From: an uncultured Veillonellaceae bacterium
GTDB lineage: Bacteria > Bacillota > Negativicutes > JARBTT01
Assembly: GCA_963805085.1 (NCBI GenBank)
Contig: CAWDTA010000002.1
Span: 544,001 to 608,000, forward strand
Reading direction: 5' to 3'
Length of the DNA stretch: 64,000 bases
In this document: positions 24,787-36,730 of the stretch, one piece after another
How the letters are laid out: the number at the start of each line of letters is the position of its first letter
How positions within the stretch are numbered: position 1 is the stretch's first letter
Position numbers and translations under genes: made by a program
The notes under the pieces: model-generated
What the model was told of the DNA's origin: nothing
Seen by the model: the letters and a program-made list of their open reading frames with translations, nothing else
Database searches by the model: none

Positions 24787-27700
24787 CTATCTTTTATACT
24801 GTTTACACAACTCTGCTAGTTTCGTAGCAAGTTCACTACTAAATGCATTCATTGGCACGATCCATTGCCAGTTGTCACCGCCGACTGTTCCTGGTAAATT
24901 CATTCTCGATTTGCCATCTAAAGCAAGTAAATCTTGCATCGGAATGATCGCCGTGGAAGCATTGCTTGCATAAGCGTAGCGAATCAACTCCCAGCAGGCC
25001 TCAACGATACTGGCATTTTCCACTTGTAAAGCCTCACCAACGGCTTCAAGTGCTTCATCGGATAGATCATCTTGATACCAGCCAACTGTTGTGTTGTTAT
25101 CATGGGTTCCGGTATAAACCACACAATTTTGTTCACAACTAAATACTGCTTTGCCATTTTCATCTGGTAAAAGTTCAAACTGGAGCACTTTCATGCCCGG
25201 AAAAGAAAATTGATCCTTTAGGTCGCTAACTGCGTCAGTAATGATCCCCAAATCTTCTGCAATAATCGGTAATTTACCAAAATATTTTTCTAGTGTCTGA
25301 AAGAATTGTTCACCTGGGCCTTTGACCCATTTACCTTCCATCGCTGTTTTCGCCTTGCCATCAACTTCCCAATATGATTCAAAGCCACGAAAGTGATCCA
25401 CGCGAATCACATCAACCATTTCTAGTAGCGTAGTGAAACGATTACGCCACCACTGATAGTCATCTGCTTTCATCTTCTGCCAATCATAATGAGGATTGCC
25501 CCATAGTTGTCCTGTTTCGCTAAAGTAATCCGGTGGCACACCGGCAACTTTTGTAGCACTCCCCTGACTATCTAAGCAGAATAATTGTTGATTTGCCCAA
25601 ACATCGGCACTATCATGGGCAATGAAAATCGGCATATCACCAATAATTTTTATACCACGTTCATTGGCATATTGTCTAAGTGCCAGCCATTGCTTGAAGA
25701 AAGTATATTGTAAAAATTTCTGATAATTGATTTCATTAGCAAGAATTTTACGATATTTACTAAGTCCCGCTTCTTCATATTTGGCAATTTCCGCTGGCCA
25801 TTCATTCCAACTTAAGTCACCAAAATGTTTTTTTAGTGCCATAAATAACGTATAATCGTCCAACCAATGGCTTTGCTTTTGGCAAAAAACTTTATAGTCA
25901 TTGCTCATTGGGTGCGTGTTAAATTTTTTATAAGCAAGCTTTAAACATTTTTCCTTAAAATTCCACGTTTTAGCAAAATCAACCTTACCTGCCGCCAAAT
26001 CGTTTGGCGCTTTTGCCTCTCGTGGTGCAAGAAAAAAATCGGTTACCACTTTTCCCAGAGAAATAAGCATCGGATTTCCCGCAAAAGCCGAAGGCGATTG
26101 ATAGGGAGAATACCCATAACCTACTGGATTGAGTGGCAATATCTGCCACGAACCTTGCCCACTTTGTAGTAGGAAATTAACAAATTCATAAGCACCTTTC
26201 CCTAAATCACCAATACCATATTTAGAAGGTAGTGACGTTAGATGAAGTAATACCCCTGCACCACGATCCAGCTTCACTTCTACGGCTTGACGATATAGGA
26301 TCGTTTGCAGTGGTGCCAATTCAACCTCCACTTTACCCGCCCGAACCTTCACTTCTGGCGTATCACCAATCAAATCTTGTAAGCTTCCATGGCAGAGTCC
26401 ACGGACATCGACTGATACTTTTTGGTTTTGCGTTTTGCTACGATTAAAAATCACCAGAAAGGTTTCATCGGTCGCTGCTTGACCAAAAACATCTTGCCCC
26501 CCAGCAATTCTGCGCACATAGCCATAGACATCATCAAGTTCAATCACCGGCACGAATTCACCTGTTTTTAACGCTTGATGCTCATTTCTTAGAGCAATTA
26601 TCTTCTTATACCAGCTTTGAAGCGATTCATCTTCTTTGCCCCAAATGTATGACCCACGATTATGGGGATCCTTGAAGCCTTGCATCCCCGCTTCATCACC
26701 ATAGTATACACATGGCGTCCCTGGGAAAGTCATTTGCCATAGCGAGACTATTTTCAGTCTTGCTACCGCAAGTTGATATTGTTCTTTGCTTAAGTGATAT
26801 CGGGCTTGTTCAATGGCTGGTACACCCTCATAGTTCATGGCTTCCCCGAGTAAGGTAATCACCCGTTCAACATCATGACTGCCAACTAAGTTCATCATCG
26901 CATAAAAATTTTCTTTGGGATAATTTTCATACAAGTTCATAATTGCACAATTTGTATCTTGGGCATTACTAGACCCAAGCATAAATTTTAACATGATCGT
27001 ACGCAAGGGATAATTCATCGCCGAATCTATTTCTTGCCCGCATAAATACTCACGCTGTACTCCATAACTAACTTTATTCGAAGCGTCCTCCCATACCTCA
27101 CCGATAACGACTGCATCTTGGTCTACTTCCTTTAAGACTTTGTAAAACCTTTGAGAAAATTCTGGTGGAAGTTCGTCAATAACATCCAGCCGCCAACCGC
27201 TAATTCCTTGTTTTAGCCAAAATTTCAACACACTGTCATCATTATTAATAATAAAATCCATGTAAGACTTTGTTGTCTCTTTGACGTTTGGCAGAGAATG
27301 AAACCCCCACCAGCTATGATATTCATCGGGATAGTTGGTAAAATCATACCACTCGTAGTATGGCGAACTTATCGATTGATACGCACCGACACTGTCATAA
27401 TTTCCATAGCGATTGAAGTATTTACTATCGCTGCCCGTATGACTGAATACCCCATCTAGAATGATCCGAATTCCTTGCTTTTTTGCTTCCAGGCAAAGCA
27501 TTGCCACATCTTCATTCGTTCCGAGCATCGGATCAACCTTATGATAATCACCTGTATCATAACGATGATTGCTCTGAGCCTGAAAAATCGGGTTCAGGTA
27601 AACAACACTAATTCCTAGGTCTTTTAGGTAAGCCAATTTTGCCTTAATCCCAGCTATATTACCACCAAAGAAATCATAAGCAACAATCTCTTTGGTATCA

Positions 27701-28245
27701 ACATCTTTAAAATAACAAGGCGTATTCTCCCAACTAGACTGCACCACACAACCTTTTTTACTTGCTAATACTTTGCCATCCTCATTCCCACTGTAAAAAC
27801 GATCGGGGAAAATTTGATACATTACAGCATTTTTTAACCATTCCGGCGTTTTTGTTCCAGCTTGATAGACGGTGATCTGGAATGATGGTGGCTGCGATTG
27901 ATAGACCGCACCAATACCGCCGAGATTTCGTTCATTATTACCATAAAAAATTGTTTGCTGATCAGCAGTAATAATTACGAAATAATACCAAAGTAAGCCC
28001 CCATGTTCAGGCGTCGTAATGGTGCAGGAATATCGAAAGCCATCTTTTGTCTCATTTTCTTTGGTCATAGCAACCAAGGTTTCGCCAAGCTTATCTTGCC
28101 ATAGGCGAAGTTTTACTGCAGTAACACTATAATCAGCCCCAATATCTATACTTAAATTTACGTCACTATTCGTACAAGCTGCACCGAAAGGGCTACGGAA
28201 CATTTTACTATGCGAGTTATGTAAAATTTTATTGTTTGTAGGCAT
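24787..28245 (-). CDS. malQ: Fused GH13 amylopullulanase/debranching enzyme and GH77 4-alpha-glucanotransferase
   Basis: YQIFPDRF, GWRLDV, GEVWE and GSHD (GH13); GVLLHLTSLP, GVPPDYFS, RVDHFRG and YTGTHDN (GH77). Confidence 0.93.
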   Translation of the reverse strand: MPTNNKILHNSHSKMFRSPFGAACTNSDVNLSIDIGADYSVTAVKLRLWQDKLGETLVAMTKENETKDGFRYSCTITTPEHGGLLWYYFVIITADQQTIFYGNNERNLGGIGAVYQSQPPSFQITVYQAGTKTPEWLKNAVMYQIFPDRFYSGNEDGKVLASKKGCVVQSSWENTPCYFKDVDTKEIVAYDFFGGNIAGIKAKLAYLKDLGISVVYLNPIFQAQSNHRYDTGDYHKVDPMLGTNEDVAMLCLEAKKQGIRIILDGVFSHTGSDSKYFNRYGNYDSVGAYQSISSPYYEWYDFTNYPDEYHSWWGFHSLPNVKETTKSYMDFIINNDDSVLKFWLKQGISGWRLDVIDELPPEFSQRFYKVLKEVDQDAVVIGEVWEDASNKVSYGVQREYLCGQEIDSAMNYPLRTIMLKFMLGSSNAQDTNCAIMNLYENYPKENFYAMMNLVGSHDVERVITLLGEAMNYEGVPAIEQARYHLSKEQYQLAVARLKIVSLWQMTFPGTPCVYYGDEAGMQGFKDPHNRGSYIWGKEDESLQSWYKKIIALRNEHQALKTGEFVPVIELDDVYGYVRRIAGGQDVFGQAATDETFLVIFNRSKTQNQKVSVDVRGLCHGSLQDLIGDTPEVKVRAGKVEVELAPLQTILYRQAVEVKLDRGAGVLLHLTSLPSKYGIGDLGKGAYEFVNFLLQSGQGSWQILPLNPVGYGYSPYQSPSAFAGNPMLISLGKVVTDFFLAPREAKAPNDLAAGKVDFAKTWNFKEKCLKLAYKKFNTHPMSNDYKVFCQKQSHWLDDYTLFMALKKHFGDLSWNEWPAEIAKYEEAGLSKYRKILANEINYQKFLQYTFFKQWLALRQYANERGIKIIGDMPIFIAHDSADVWANQQLFCLDSQGSATKVAGVPPDYFSETGQLWGNPHYDWQKMKADDYQWWRNRFTTLLEMVDVIRVDHFRGFESYWEVDGKAKTAMEGKWVKGPGEQFFQTLEKYFGKLPIIAEDLGIITDAVSDLKDQFSFPGMKVLQFELLPDENGKAVFSCEQNCVVYTGTHDNNTTVGWYQDDLSDEALEAVGEALQVENASIVEACWELIRYAYASNASTAIIPMQDLLALDGKSRMNLPGTVGGDNWQWIVPMNAFSSELATKLAELCKQYKR

Positions 28246-28358
28246 AATATCATCCTTTTATTTCAATAATAAGCATAATCATTAAGAAAAGCCTAGCTCA
28301 TCAGGCTAAGCTTTTTATGCTTAAACTTGATAATAAGCATTCTAAACTTAAGAGCAAG

Positions 28359-29807
28359 TTATTTTTTTAAGCGGTAATACAGTTCTTTATATTGTTTTGC
28401 TGATTGCGTCCAACTATAATCGCTATTCATTGCATTGATTACGACTTTTTCCCAAATAGAAGAATCTGAATAGTAGCCTAATGCCCGTTTGATTGAAAAT
28501 AAAACTTCATGCGCATTATAGTTGGCAAACGTAAAACCATTCCCAACTCTAGAATATTTATTATAGGAGTGTACCGTATCTTTTAGACCACCAGTTTCAC
28601 GCACTACTGGAATAGAACCATAGTGAAGGGCAATGAGTTGACCAATCCCACATGGTTCATATTGCGAAGGCATCAAAAAGATATCAGAAGCCGCATAAAT
28701 ACGGTGCGCTAAATCATTATTAAAGGTAATATTGGCAGACACTTTGGTCGGATAATGCCAAGCAAGCGTTCTAAATAAATCTTCATATTCTCGATCACCA
28801 GTACCTAAAACAACAAGTTGTACATCTTCATTTTGTACTAACTCATCAATAATATGTGCAATTAGGTCTAAGCCTTTTGCCGAAACAAGCCTTGCTACAA
28901 TTGCCAGCATTGGCACATCACGTCGAACTGGCAACCCAAGTTGCTGCTGTAGTTTGACTTTATTTTCAGCCTTTTTTTCTATTGTTGTCACATCATAATT
29001 TGCAAAAATTCGCTTATCCGTTTTTGGATCATAAATATCATAATCAATACCGTTTACAATCCCCTGTAAATATTGCCAACGATCACGAAGTAAACCATCC
29101 AAGCCTTCTCCATAGTATGGATACTGAATTTCTTTCGCATAGGTTTCACTTACTGTCGTAATATAGTCAGAATATACAATCGCGCCCTTCATAAAATTTA
29201 CACAATTGTCGCACTCTAGACCGCCCTCATTATAATGTTTCCAATCAAGACCAAGTACATCACTCATAATTTCTTTTCCGAAAACACCTTGATATTTTAA
29301 ATTATGAATGGTATAAATCGTGCGGATTTGCGAATACAACTCAGCTTGCCCATATTCTGCTTTTAAGAGAACACTTACAAGACCGGTATGCCAGTCATTA
29401 CAATGAATCACATCAGGGATAAAATCAATTTGCGGCAACATTTCGAGAACTGCACGGCAAAAGAAGGAAAAACGTTCCGCATCATCATCGTAACCATATA
29501 AAGCATCCCTGTTAAAATACTGCTCATTATCAATAAAGTAAGTTTTTACACCATTATATTCCAAGCATTCAACGCCACAAAATTGTTGACGCCAAGCTAC
29601 ATTGACAACTCCATCATAGATATGTTTCATTTTACTGGTATATTGTTCAGGAATGCTGCTATATTTTGGAATAACAACTCTCACATCAAGCCCCTGTACC
29701 TGTAACTCCTTAGGAAGTGAACCTGCAACGTCTGCCAGTCCACCTGTTTTAATAAATGGTACCGCTTCTGAAGCTACAAAAAGAACTTTTAACATTTTAC
29801 TACTCAC
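28359..29807 (-). CDS. glgA: Glycogen synthase
   Basis: KTGGLADV, HCNDWHT and EPCG motifs. Confidence 0.96.
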   Translation of the reverse strand: MSSKMLKVLFVASEAVPFIKTGGLADVAGSLPKELQVQGLDVRVVIPKYSSIPEQYTSKMKHIYDGVVNVAWRQQFCGVECLEYNGVKTYFIDNEQYFNRDALYGYDDDAERFSFFCRAVLEMLPQIDFIPDVIHCNDWHTGLVSVLLKAEYGQAELYSQIRTIYTIHNLKYQGVFGKEIMSDVLGLDWKHYNEGGLECDNCVNFMKGAIVYSDYITTVSETYAKEIQYPYYGEGLDGLLRDRWQYLQGIVNGIDYDIYDPKTDKRIFANYDVTTIEKKAENKVKLQQQLGLPVRRDVPMLAIVARLVSAKGLDLIAHIIDELVQNEDVQLVVLGTGDREYEDLFRTLAWHYPTKVSANITFNNDLAHRIYAASDIFLMPSQYEPCGIGQLIALHYGSIPVVRETGGLKDTVHSYNKYSRVGNGFTFANYNAHEVLFSIKRALGYYSDSSIWEKVVINAMNSDYSWTQSAKQYKELYYRLKK

Positions 29808-29826
29808 CCTACCTTTCTTATTCCAA

Positions 29827-31722
29827 TTACGATTTTTTCAATTTCAAATAAAGGGTTGATAGCGGTGGCACTGTGATTCGTATAGACTGCTGCTTATCAT
29901 GCCAAGCAACTTGTTCAGGGATAAAGTCACCTTCGTTGATAACATTAGAACCGCCAAATTGCTCACTGTCACTATTAAATACTTCTACATAAGTACCATC
30001 CACTGGTACACCCAAGCGATAATCTTGATGAACCGCTGGTGTAAAATTACATAATACAATGATGAAATCTTCGTGCTCTTTCCCTTTCCGAATAAATGAA
30101 ATTACACTATTTCGATTATCATTACAATCAATCCATTCAAATCCTTGCCAATCACAATCGATTTGCCAAAATGCTGCTTGCTTACAATAGAATAAATTTG
30201 ACTGCTTCACATATTCATGCAATTTATGATGCATCGGATAATCAAGCAAATGCCAATCTAGGCTATCATCATATTTCCATTCGATAAATTGACCAAATTC
30301 ACTACCCATAAATAATAGTTTTTTCCCCGGATGAGCCAACCAATAGCCATAAAAAGCACGCAGGTTGGCAAATTTTTGCCAATAATCTCCTGGCATTTTA
30401 TTGATTAAGGAACATTTTCCGTGCACAACCTCATCATGTGATAGCGGCAGCACGAAATTTTCCGAAAATGCATACATAAATGAAAAAGTGACAAGATTGT
30501 GATGGAACTGCCGATAAATTGGATCCATCCCCATGTACCGCAGCATATCATTCATCCAGCCCATATTCCATTTGAAGTTAAATCCCATCCCCCCCATATA
30601 AACTGGCTTAGAGATCAGTGGCCAAGAAGTGGATTCCTCGGCAATCATTAGGGCAGTTGGGTGATTTTCAAAAATTGCATGATTTAGTTTACGCAAAAAT
30701 TCCATTGCATCTAAATTACCGTCGCCACCATATTTATTGATTTCCCGATCTTCCTCTTTACGACCATAATTAAGGTATAGCATATTTGCAACTGCATCAA
30801 TTCTAAGCCCGTCAATATGATACATATCAAACCAAAACATTGCATTAGAAATTAAAAAGCTTTGTACTTCGGTTCGACCATAATCGAAGTTTGTTGTTCC
30901 CCATTCGTAATTTTCCGCCCGTTTTGGGTTGTTGGATTCGTACAGTGGAGCACCATCAAATTGTCTTAGACCATGTTCATCCCGACAAAAGTGCCCCGGT
31001 ACCCAATCTAGAATAATCCCAATATTATTTTCATGACATAAATTAACTAAATACATAAAGTCGCTTGGCTCGCCATAACGGCTTGTCACCGCATAGTAGC
31101 CAGTCGCTTGATATCCCCACGAGCCATCAAAAGGAAATTCACTAAGCGGCATCAATTCAATATGCGTATAATGCATGTTCTTTACGTAATCTACCAATTG
31201 ATCAGCAACTTGGCGATACGTTAAGAACTCTCCCTCTGCGTTACGCCGCCATGATCCCAGATGTACTTCATAGGTCAGCATCGGTGTTTCATAAGCAGCA
31301 TGTTCCTGCTTTTCTTCCAGCCATTTTTGATCTGACCATTGAAAATTTCTTAAATCATATACAACGGAAGCTGTATTGGGCCTGACCTCTGCAAAAAAGC
31401 CATATGGATCAGATTTCAAAAGGGTCTGACCGAAGTTCGTTTGAATTGCATATTTATATACAGTGCCGACTGTTACATCGGCAATAAACAGCACCCAAAT
31501 ACTAGAATCGGCTATTTTCTCCATCTGATGTGAATCTTGTTGCCACTGGTTGAAATCACCCACAACACTTACCTTTTGTGCATTCGGTGCCCATACGCTA
31601 AAGCGCACCCCTTGCTCACCATTTTGATTTACTATATGTGCCCCGAACATTTGGTAACTGTGATAATTTGTACCTTGATGATATAAATACAAATCATAAT
31701 TGCTCAGTGTTGATACTTCCAC
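29827..31722 (-). CDS. glgB: 1,4-alpha-glucan branching enzyme
   Basis: WAPNA, WGYQ, DGLRIDAVA, AEEST and SHDEVVHGK motifs. Confidence 0.96.
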   Translation of the reverse strand: MEVSTLSNYDLYLYHQGTNYHSYQMFGAHIVNQNGEQGVRFSVWAPNAQKVSVVGDFNQWQQDSHQMEKIADSSIWVLFIADVTVGTVYKYAIQTNFGQTLLKSDPYGFFAEVRPNTASVVYDLRNFQWSDQKWLEEKQEHAAYETPMLTYEVHLGSWRRNAEGEFLTYRQVADQLVDYVKNMHYTHIELMPLSEFPFDGSWGYQATGYYAVTSRYGEPSDFMYLVNLCHENNIGIILDWVPGHFCRDEHGLRQFDGAPLYESNNPKRAENYEWGTTNFDYGRTEVQSFLISNAMFWFDMYHIDGLRIDAVANMLYLNYGRKEEDREINKYGGDGNLDAMEFLRKLNHAIFENHPTALMIAEESTSWPLISKPVYMGGMGFNFKWNMGWMNDMLRYMGMDPIYRQFHHNLVTFSFMYAFSENFVLPLSHDEVVHGKCSLINKMPGDYWQKFANLRAFYGYWLAHPGKKLLFMGSEFGQFIEWKYDDSLDWHLLDYPMHHKLHEYVKQSNLFYCKQAAFWQIDCDWQGFEWIDCNDNRNSVISFIRKGKEHEDFIIVLCNFTPAVHQDYRLGVPVDGTYVEVFNSDSEQFGGSNVINEGDFIPEQVAWHDKQQSIRITVPPLSTLYLKLKKS

Positions 31723-31831
31723 AATAAACCTCCCACCAAAGTATATGCATACCTTGTACTATCAATGTTATAAAATTGATATTTTTCAAGAAAGAGAAAG
31801 GTATGAAACCTGCCTCCGTTATTAGATTGCC

Positions 31832-34282
31832 TTAAGGAACAATGACAGGTTTTATTTTCCAAATACCTTGTGCATATTCCTCAATGGTTCTATCACTAGA
31901 AAAAATACCTGAATGTGCAATATTAACAACACTAGATGTCAACCAAGCTTGTTTGTTTTTATATTTTTCTTCTACTTTCAATTGAGCATCGGCATAGGCA
32001 GCAAAATCCTTCAAAATAAAGAATTCATCATTGTTGTATAACAATTCATCATATAGCGGTCTAAATTCCTCGCGATCTTCAGGAAAGAAACCATTCACAA
32101 GTTGTTCTAAAATGACTTTTATGCGAATATCACTATTATAGACATCCCATGAAGAATAGGTACCATTTGCATAATGTGCCAAAACTTCTTCTGCTTTCAA
32201 TCCAAAAATAACACAATGGTCATCACCAACGGCATTCCTGATTTCTACATTCGCGCCATCTAAGGTTCCAAGCGTAATCGCACCATTCATCATAAATTTC
32301 ATATTGCCAGTACCAGATGCTTCTTTACTCGCCGTTGAAATTTGCTCACTGACGTTTGCTGCCGGGAATAAAATTTCCCCAAGCGATACGCTATAGTTTT
32401 CTAAAAAGACAACCTTCAATTTATCATTGATTGTTTTATCATTATTTACCAATTCAGCAACCGTATTGATCAGTTTTATCGTCAATTTTGCGACACGGTA
32501 TCCCGGCGCTGCTTTTCCGGCAAAAATAAAGGTACGCGGTACCATCTCTAATTTAGGATTGGCTTTCAAGCGATTATATAGATTCATCACATGCAAGATA
32601 TTCATAATTTGTCGTTTGTAAGAATGAATACGTTTGATTTGAACATCAAAAATAGACTCTGGATTCACAATAATATTATTTTTTTCTTTAATATATTTCG
32701 TCAGGAATTCTTTACGTCCCATTTTAATCTTATCAAGTTCTTCTTTAAAGCTCTTATCCTTTGCGAAATTCAATAAATCAATAAGGTTTGATGGACTTTT
32801 ACGCCATTTGGGTGAAATAGATTGATCAATTAATTCTGCAAGCTCTGGATTTGCTTTGATCAACCACCGCCTGTGCGTAATTCCATTGGTCTTATTATTA
32901 AATTTGCCTGGATAATATTTATGGAAAGGTTCCATCGTATGACTTTTTAAAATATTGGAATGAATTTCAGCCACCCCATTGACACTATGACTACCAACAA
33001 CGGCAAGCCTTGCCATATGTACTTGACCATCTTGCAAAATTGCTAATTCCCTCACTTTATGATCATCATGATAACGTTCCCATACCGCTGTAGTTAAACG
33101 GCGATTAATTTCTTCTATAATCATATAGATCCGTGGAAGATGTTCTTTAAACATATCAATTGGCCACTTTTCAAGCGCTTCTGGCATAATGGTATGATTT
33201 GTATAGGCGATCGTATTGACTGTTATTTGCCAAGCTTGATCCCATTCCATCCCTTCTTCATCCATCAATACCCGCATAAGTTCAGGCACCGCAACTGCTG
33301 GATGTGTATCATTGATATGAATTGCTGTTTTATGAGCAAAATCCTCTAACCTCGCCTTTGTTTTTTTATGATGACGAACGATACTCTGGACCCCAGCTGA
33401 TACGAAGAAATATTCTTGCGTCAAACGAAGCAATCTTCCTTCAAAAGTGCTATCCTCGGGATAAAGAATTTTAGTAATTCTTTGTACTGCATGTTTATAA
33501 CGCATTTTTTCTTTATAATCCTCATAACTTATTGCTGCCGCATCGACATCACGCATAAACTCTGCATTCCATAAACGAAGTGTATTCACAGTATTATTTT
33601 TATAGCCTACTATCGGCACATCATATGGTACTGCACTTACACTGGAATAGTCTTCGTGAACACATTGTAATTTTTCGCCTACTTTTTTCATGTAAGCATT
33701 GCCGCCAAATTTAACTTCCACCGCTTTATCGGCTTTTCTAAACTCCCACACAAAACCATCTTTCAGCCAATTGTCCGGCAATTCTACTTGGTGATTATCG
33801 ATGATCTTTTGTTGAAATAAGCCATATTTATAACGAATCCCACAACCATGCCCTGGCAATCCAAGTGCTGCAATCGAATCAATAAAGCAGGCTGCCAAGC
33901 GCCCGAGTCCGCCATTACCAAGACCTGCATCTGGCTCTTCTTTTAACACCGCGTCCATATCAATTCCTAATTCGGCCATGGCTTCAGTACAAAACTCCTT
34001 AATATCAGAATTAATTAAATTACAATCTAATAATTTTCCGAGTAAGAATTCAATAGAAAAATAATAGACTTGTTTTACTTGCCGATCCTCATAGACTTTA
34101 TTGGTTTTAATCCAATTTTCACTAATATACTCACGAACAATCCCTGCAAAGGATTGGTAAACTTCATTTTTAGACAAATCCGCTAAATCTTTCCCCCACA
34201 TTGCATGAACTTTATGAATAAACCTAGCTTTAAATTTTTCTTTATTCGTAAACAACTGAAAATCCCTCCCAAGATTATCCAT
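31832..34282 (-). CDS. glgP: Glycogen phosphorylase
   Basis: GNGGLGRLAAC, INDTHP and EASGTGNMK motifs. Confidence 0.96.
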   Translation of the reverse strand: MDNLGRDFQLFTNKEKFKARFIHKVHAMWGKDLADLSKNEVYQSFAGIVREYISENWIKTNKVYEDRQVKQVYYFSIEFLLGKLLDCNLINSDIKEFCTEAMAELGIDMDAVLKEEPDAGLGNGGLGRLAACFIDSIAALGLPGHGCGIRYKYGLFQQKIIDNHQVELPDNWLKDGFVWEFRKADKAVEVKFGGNAYMKKVGEKLQCVHEDYSSVSAVPYDVPIVGYKNNTVNTLRLWNAEFMRDVDAAAISYEDYKEKMRYKHAVQRITKILYPEDSTFEGRLLRLTQEYFFVSAGVQSIVRHHKKTKARLEDFAHKTAIHINDTHPAVAVPELMRVLMDEEGMEWDQAWQITVNTIAYTNHTIMPEALEKWPIDMFKEHLPRIYMIIEEINRRLTTAVWERYHDDHKVRELAILQDGQVHMARLAVVGSHSVNGVAEIHSNILKSHTMEPFHKYYPGKFNNKTNGITHRRWLIKANPELAELIDQSISPKWRKSPSNLIDLLNFAKDKSFKEELDKIKMGRKEFLTKYIKEKNNIIVNPESIFDVQIKRIHSYKRQIMNILHVMNLYNRLKANPKLEMVPRTFIFAGKAAPGYRVAKLTIKLINTVAELVNNDKTINDKLKVVFLENYSVSLGEILFPAANVSEQISTASKEASGTGNMKFMMNGAITLGTLDGANVEIRNAVGDDHCVIFGLKAEEVLAHYANGTYSSWDVYNSDIRIKVILEQLVNGFFPEDREEFRPLYDELLYNNDEFFILKDFAAYADAQLKVEEKYKNKQAWLTSSVVNIAHSGIFSSDRTIEEYAQGIWKIKPVIVP

Positions 34283-34424
34283 TATTAACTTTATACTATA
34301 GCTTTATCAGCTAGTATTTTTATTCCAGAATATAATAATCCTCTGTTACATTCCCTGTAATATGAAGGATGTTTCTATAATACCAGCCGTCTCAAAAAAC
34401 TTGAGACGGCTGGTATTATTTTGA

Positions 34425-35531
34425 TTAGATAACGACACCTTTTTCAACAATGAGTGGATAATTAGATGCCCCTTTTAGCCATTTTCCTTTCGTTATCACG
34501 ACATCTTTATCACAAATCACATTTTCGATTAAAACATCGTCTTCTAGCTTACATTTTTGCAAGATGATGCTGTTCTTTATATGAACACCTTTTCCCACTC
34601 TTACCCCTCTAAATAAAATACTATTTTCTACTGTACCCTCAACGATACAACCATTCGCTACCATTGAATTTGATACAGAAGCACTCTTTTTATATTTGGC
34701 GGGCGCCTCATCTTTGACTTTCGTATAGATGAGACCACCATCCAAAAACAGCTCTTGCCATTTTTTTGGATCCAATAATTCCATGCTCGCTTTATAATAA
34801 CTCATCGTTGAATTGATTCTTGCAACATAGCCTTCATGCTGATACCCATAAATATTATATTTACCGTTATTCTTCATAATACCATCAATTAAAAAATCGG
34901 TGCCGCCTCTGGCATGGGCTCCCTTGATAAGATCAATAAATAAATTTTTACTCATTAAAAAAATACCCATAGAAACTTTTGCCTTTGGCGTAATGGTTGA
35001 AGCAATGGCAATATCAGTCACCAAACCATTATCAGCTGTCTGTAGAATAGCTCCGCCAGTCAAATCTTCTTTATCTTTGATGTTATAAACCATCGTAATA
35101 TCCGCTCCAGTATTTTGGTGAAAACGGAGTACTTCCTCATAATGCATATTATAAATGACACTACTTCCGGCGATTAATACCATTTGTTGAGCGCTATGTT
35201 CAAGGTAGTCTAAATGATAATGAAAACTTTGTATGTCACCATCTCTCACATCATTTACACTTTCCGCTGGCGGCAAATAACACAGCCCATCCTGCTTACG
35301 CGCTAAATCCCAATCTTTTCCAGAACGTAGGTGATCCATAATCGAGCGAGATCTTTTTGGTAATAGCACCCCCACGTTTTGAATGTTAGAATTCACCATA
35401 CTAGATAACGCAAAATCAATTAATCTATATCTGCCTGCAAACGGGATCGATGAGAGCGTACGATTGCTAGCTATTTCTTTTATTGCATTCTCATTTTCTT
35501 GAAGATTTATAATTCCCATTACTGTTTTCAA
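34425..35531 (-). CDS. glgD: Glucose-1-phosphate adenylyltransferase subunit GlgD
   Basis: PFAGRYRLIDF and HLRSGKDWDL; lacks the GlgC glycine loop. Confidence 0.93.
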   Translation of the reverse strand: MKTVMGIINLQENENAIKEIASNRTLSSIPFAGRYRLIDFALSSMVNSNIQNVGVLLPKRSRSIMDHLRSGKDWDLARKQDGLCYLPPAESVNDVRDGDIQSFHYHLDYLEHSAQQMVLIAGSSVIYNMHYEEVLRFHQNTGADITMVYNIKDKEDLTGGAILQTADNGLVTDIAIASTITPKAKVSMGIFLMSKNLFIDLIKGAHARGGTDFLIDGIMKNNGKYNIYGYQHEGYVARINSTMSYYKASMELLDPKKWQELFLDGGLIYTKVKDEAPAKYKKSASVSNSMVANGCIVEGTVENSILFRGVRVGKGVHIKNSIILQKCKLEDDVLIENVICDKDVVITKGKWLKGASNYPLIVEKGVVI

Positions 35532-35569
35532 TATAAATAACCCTCCTGATAGAAGTATGACAATATTTT

Positions 35570-36730
35570 TTAACCAACTTGTTTTCCTGTTGCTGCCTCT
35601 GCTACAACCATTTCGCCCTCAGGGACCACAATAATAGAACCGTTGTCCAAACCAACTTTTGCCCCAGCACAAATTTCACAATTTTGACCAACTACCGCTT
35701 TTTCAATGTAAGCATTTTTACCAATTGTTGTAAATGGCATGACCACAGAATTGACTACTTTTGCCCCCTTTTCAATCCTTACTCCAGAAAAAATCACGGA
35801 ATTTTCCACTTCACCAAAAACAATAGCACCTTCACTAATCAGTGAACTACTCACTTTTGCATCTTTCGCAATGAAATGTGGTGGCATAGCTGGGTTAACA
35901 GCAAACACTCGCCAGTCTGGATCATGTAAATCAAGTTCTGGTTTATCTTTTAGCAAGTCCATATTTGCTTCCCATAAGCTATCAATAGTACCCACATCTT
36001 TCCAGTAACCATCAAAGGAGTAAGCAAACATTTTGGCATCGGCATTTAACATCTTCGGAATAATATTTTTGCCAAAATCACGGCTGGATAAGCTGTCTTT
36101 CGCATCCTCTTCTAGATAAGATTTCAAGAAGCTCCAGTTAAATACATAAATACCCATAGAAGCTAAATTGCTGATCGGCTTTGCTGGTTTTTCTTGGAAT
36201 TCGGTGATCCGCCCATTTTTTGCTGTATTCATAATTCCAAAGCGTGGCGCTTCTTCCCATGGAACCTCAATAACGCCAATAGTAGCTTCAGCCTTTTGCA
36301 TTTTATGGTACTCAATCATCCAAGAGTAATCCATCGTGTAAATATGGTCACCAGAAAGAATCAGCACATACTCTGGTTCAACCATTTCAATAAAGTTAAT
36401 GTTTTGATAAATTGCATCCGCAGTTCCTTTATACCACTCAGCACCTTTTTCACGCGCATACGGTGGTAAAATAAAAACCCCACCATCTTTCCGGTCTAAA
36501 TCCCACGCTCCACCGTTACCAATATAGTTATGCAAAGCTAATGGTTGATACTGCGTTAAGATTCCCACAGTATTAATCCCAGAATTACGACAATTACTCA
36601 AAGGAAAATCAATAATACGATACTTTCCCCCAAACGGGACTGCTGGTTTTGCATTTTTTTTTGTAAGTGCACCCAATCTACTACCTTGTCCGCCTGCTAG
36701 TATCATTGCTAAACATTCTGTTCTTCTCAT
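35570..36730 (-). CDS. glgC: Glucose-1-phosphate adenylyltransferase
   Basis: [21 protein letters not shown] and YWKDVGT motifs. Confidence 0.96.
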   Translation of the reverse strand: MRRTECLAMILAGGQGSRLGALTKKNAKPAVPFGGKYRIIDFPLSNCRNSGINTVGILTQYQPLALHNYIGNGGAWDLDRKDGGVFILPPYAREKGAEWYKGTADAIYQNINFIEMVEPEYVLILSGDHIYTMDYSWMIEYHKMQKAEATIGVIEVPWEEAPRFGIMNTAKNGRITEFQEKPAKPISNLASMGIYVFNWSFLKSYLEEDAKDSLSSRDFGKNIIPKMLNADAKMFAYSFDGYWKDVGTIDSLWEANMDLLKDKPELDLHDPDWRVFAVNPAMPPHFIAKDAKVSSSLISEGAIVFGEVENSVIFSGVRIEKGAKVVNSVVMPFTTIGKNAYIEKAVVGQNCEICAGAKVGLDNGSIIVVPEGEMVVAEAATGKQVG

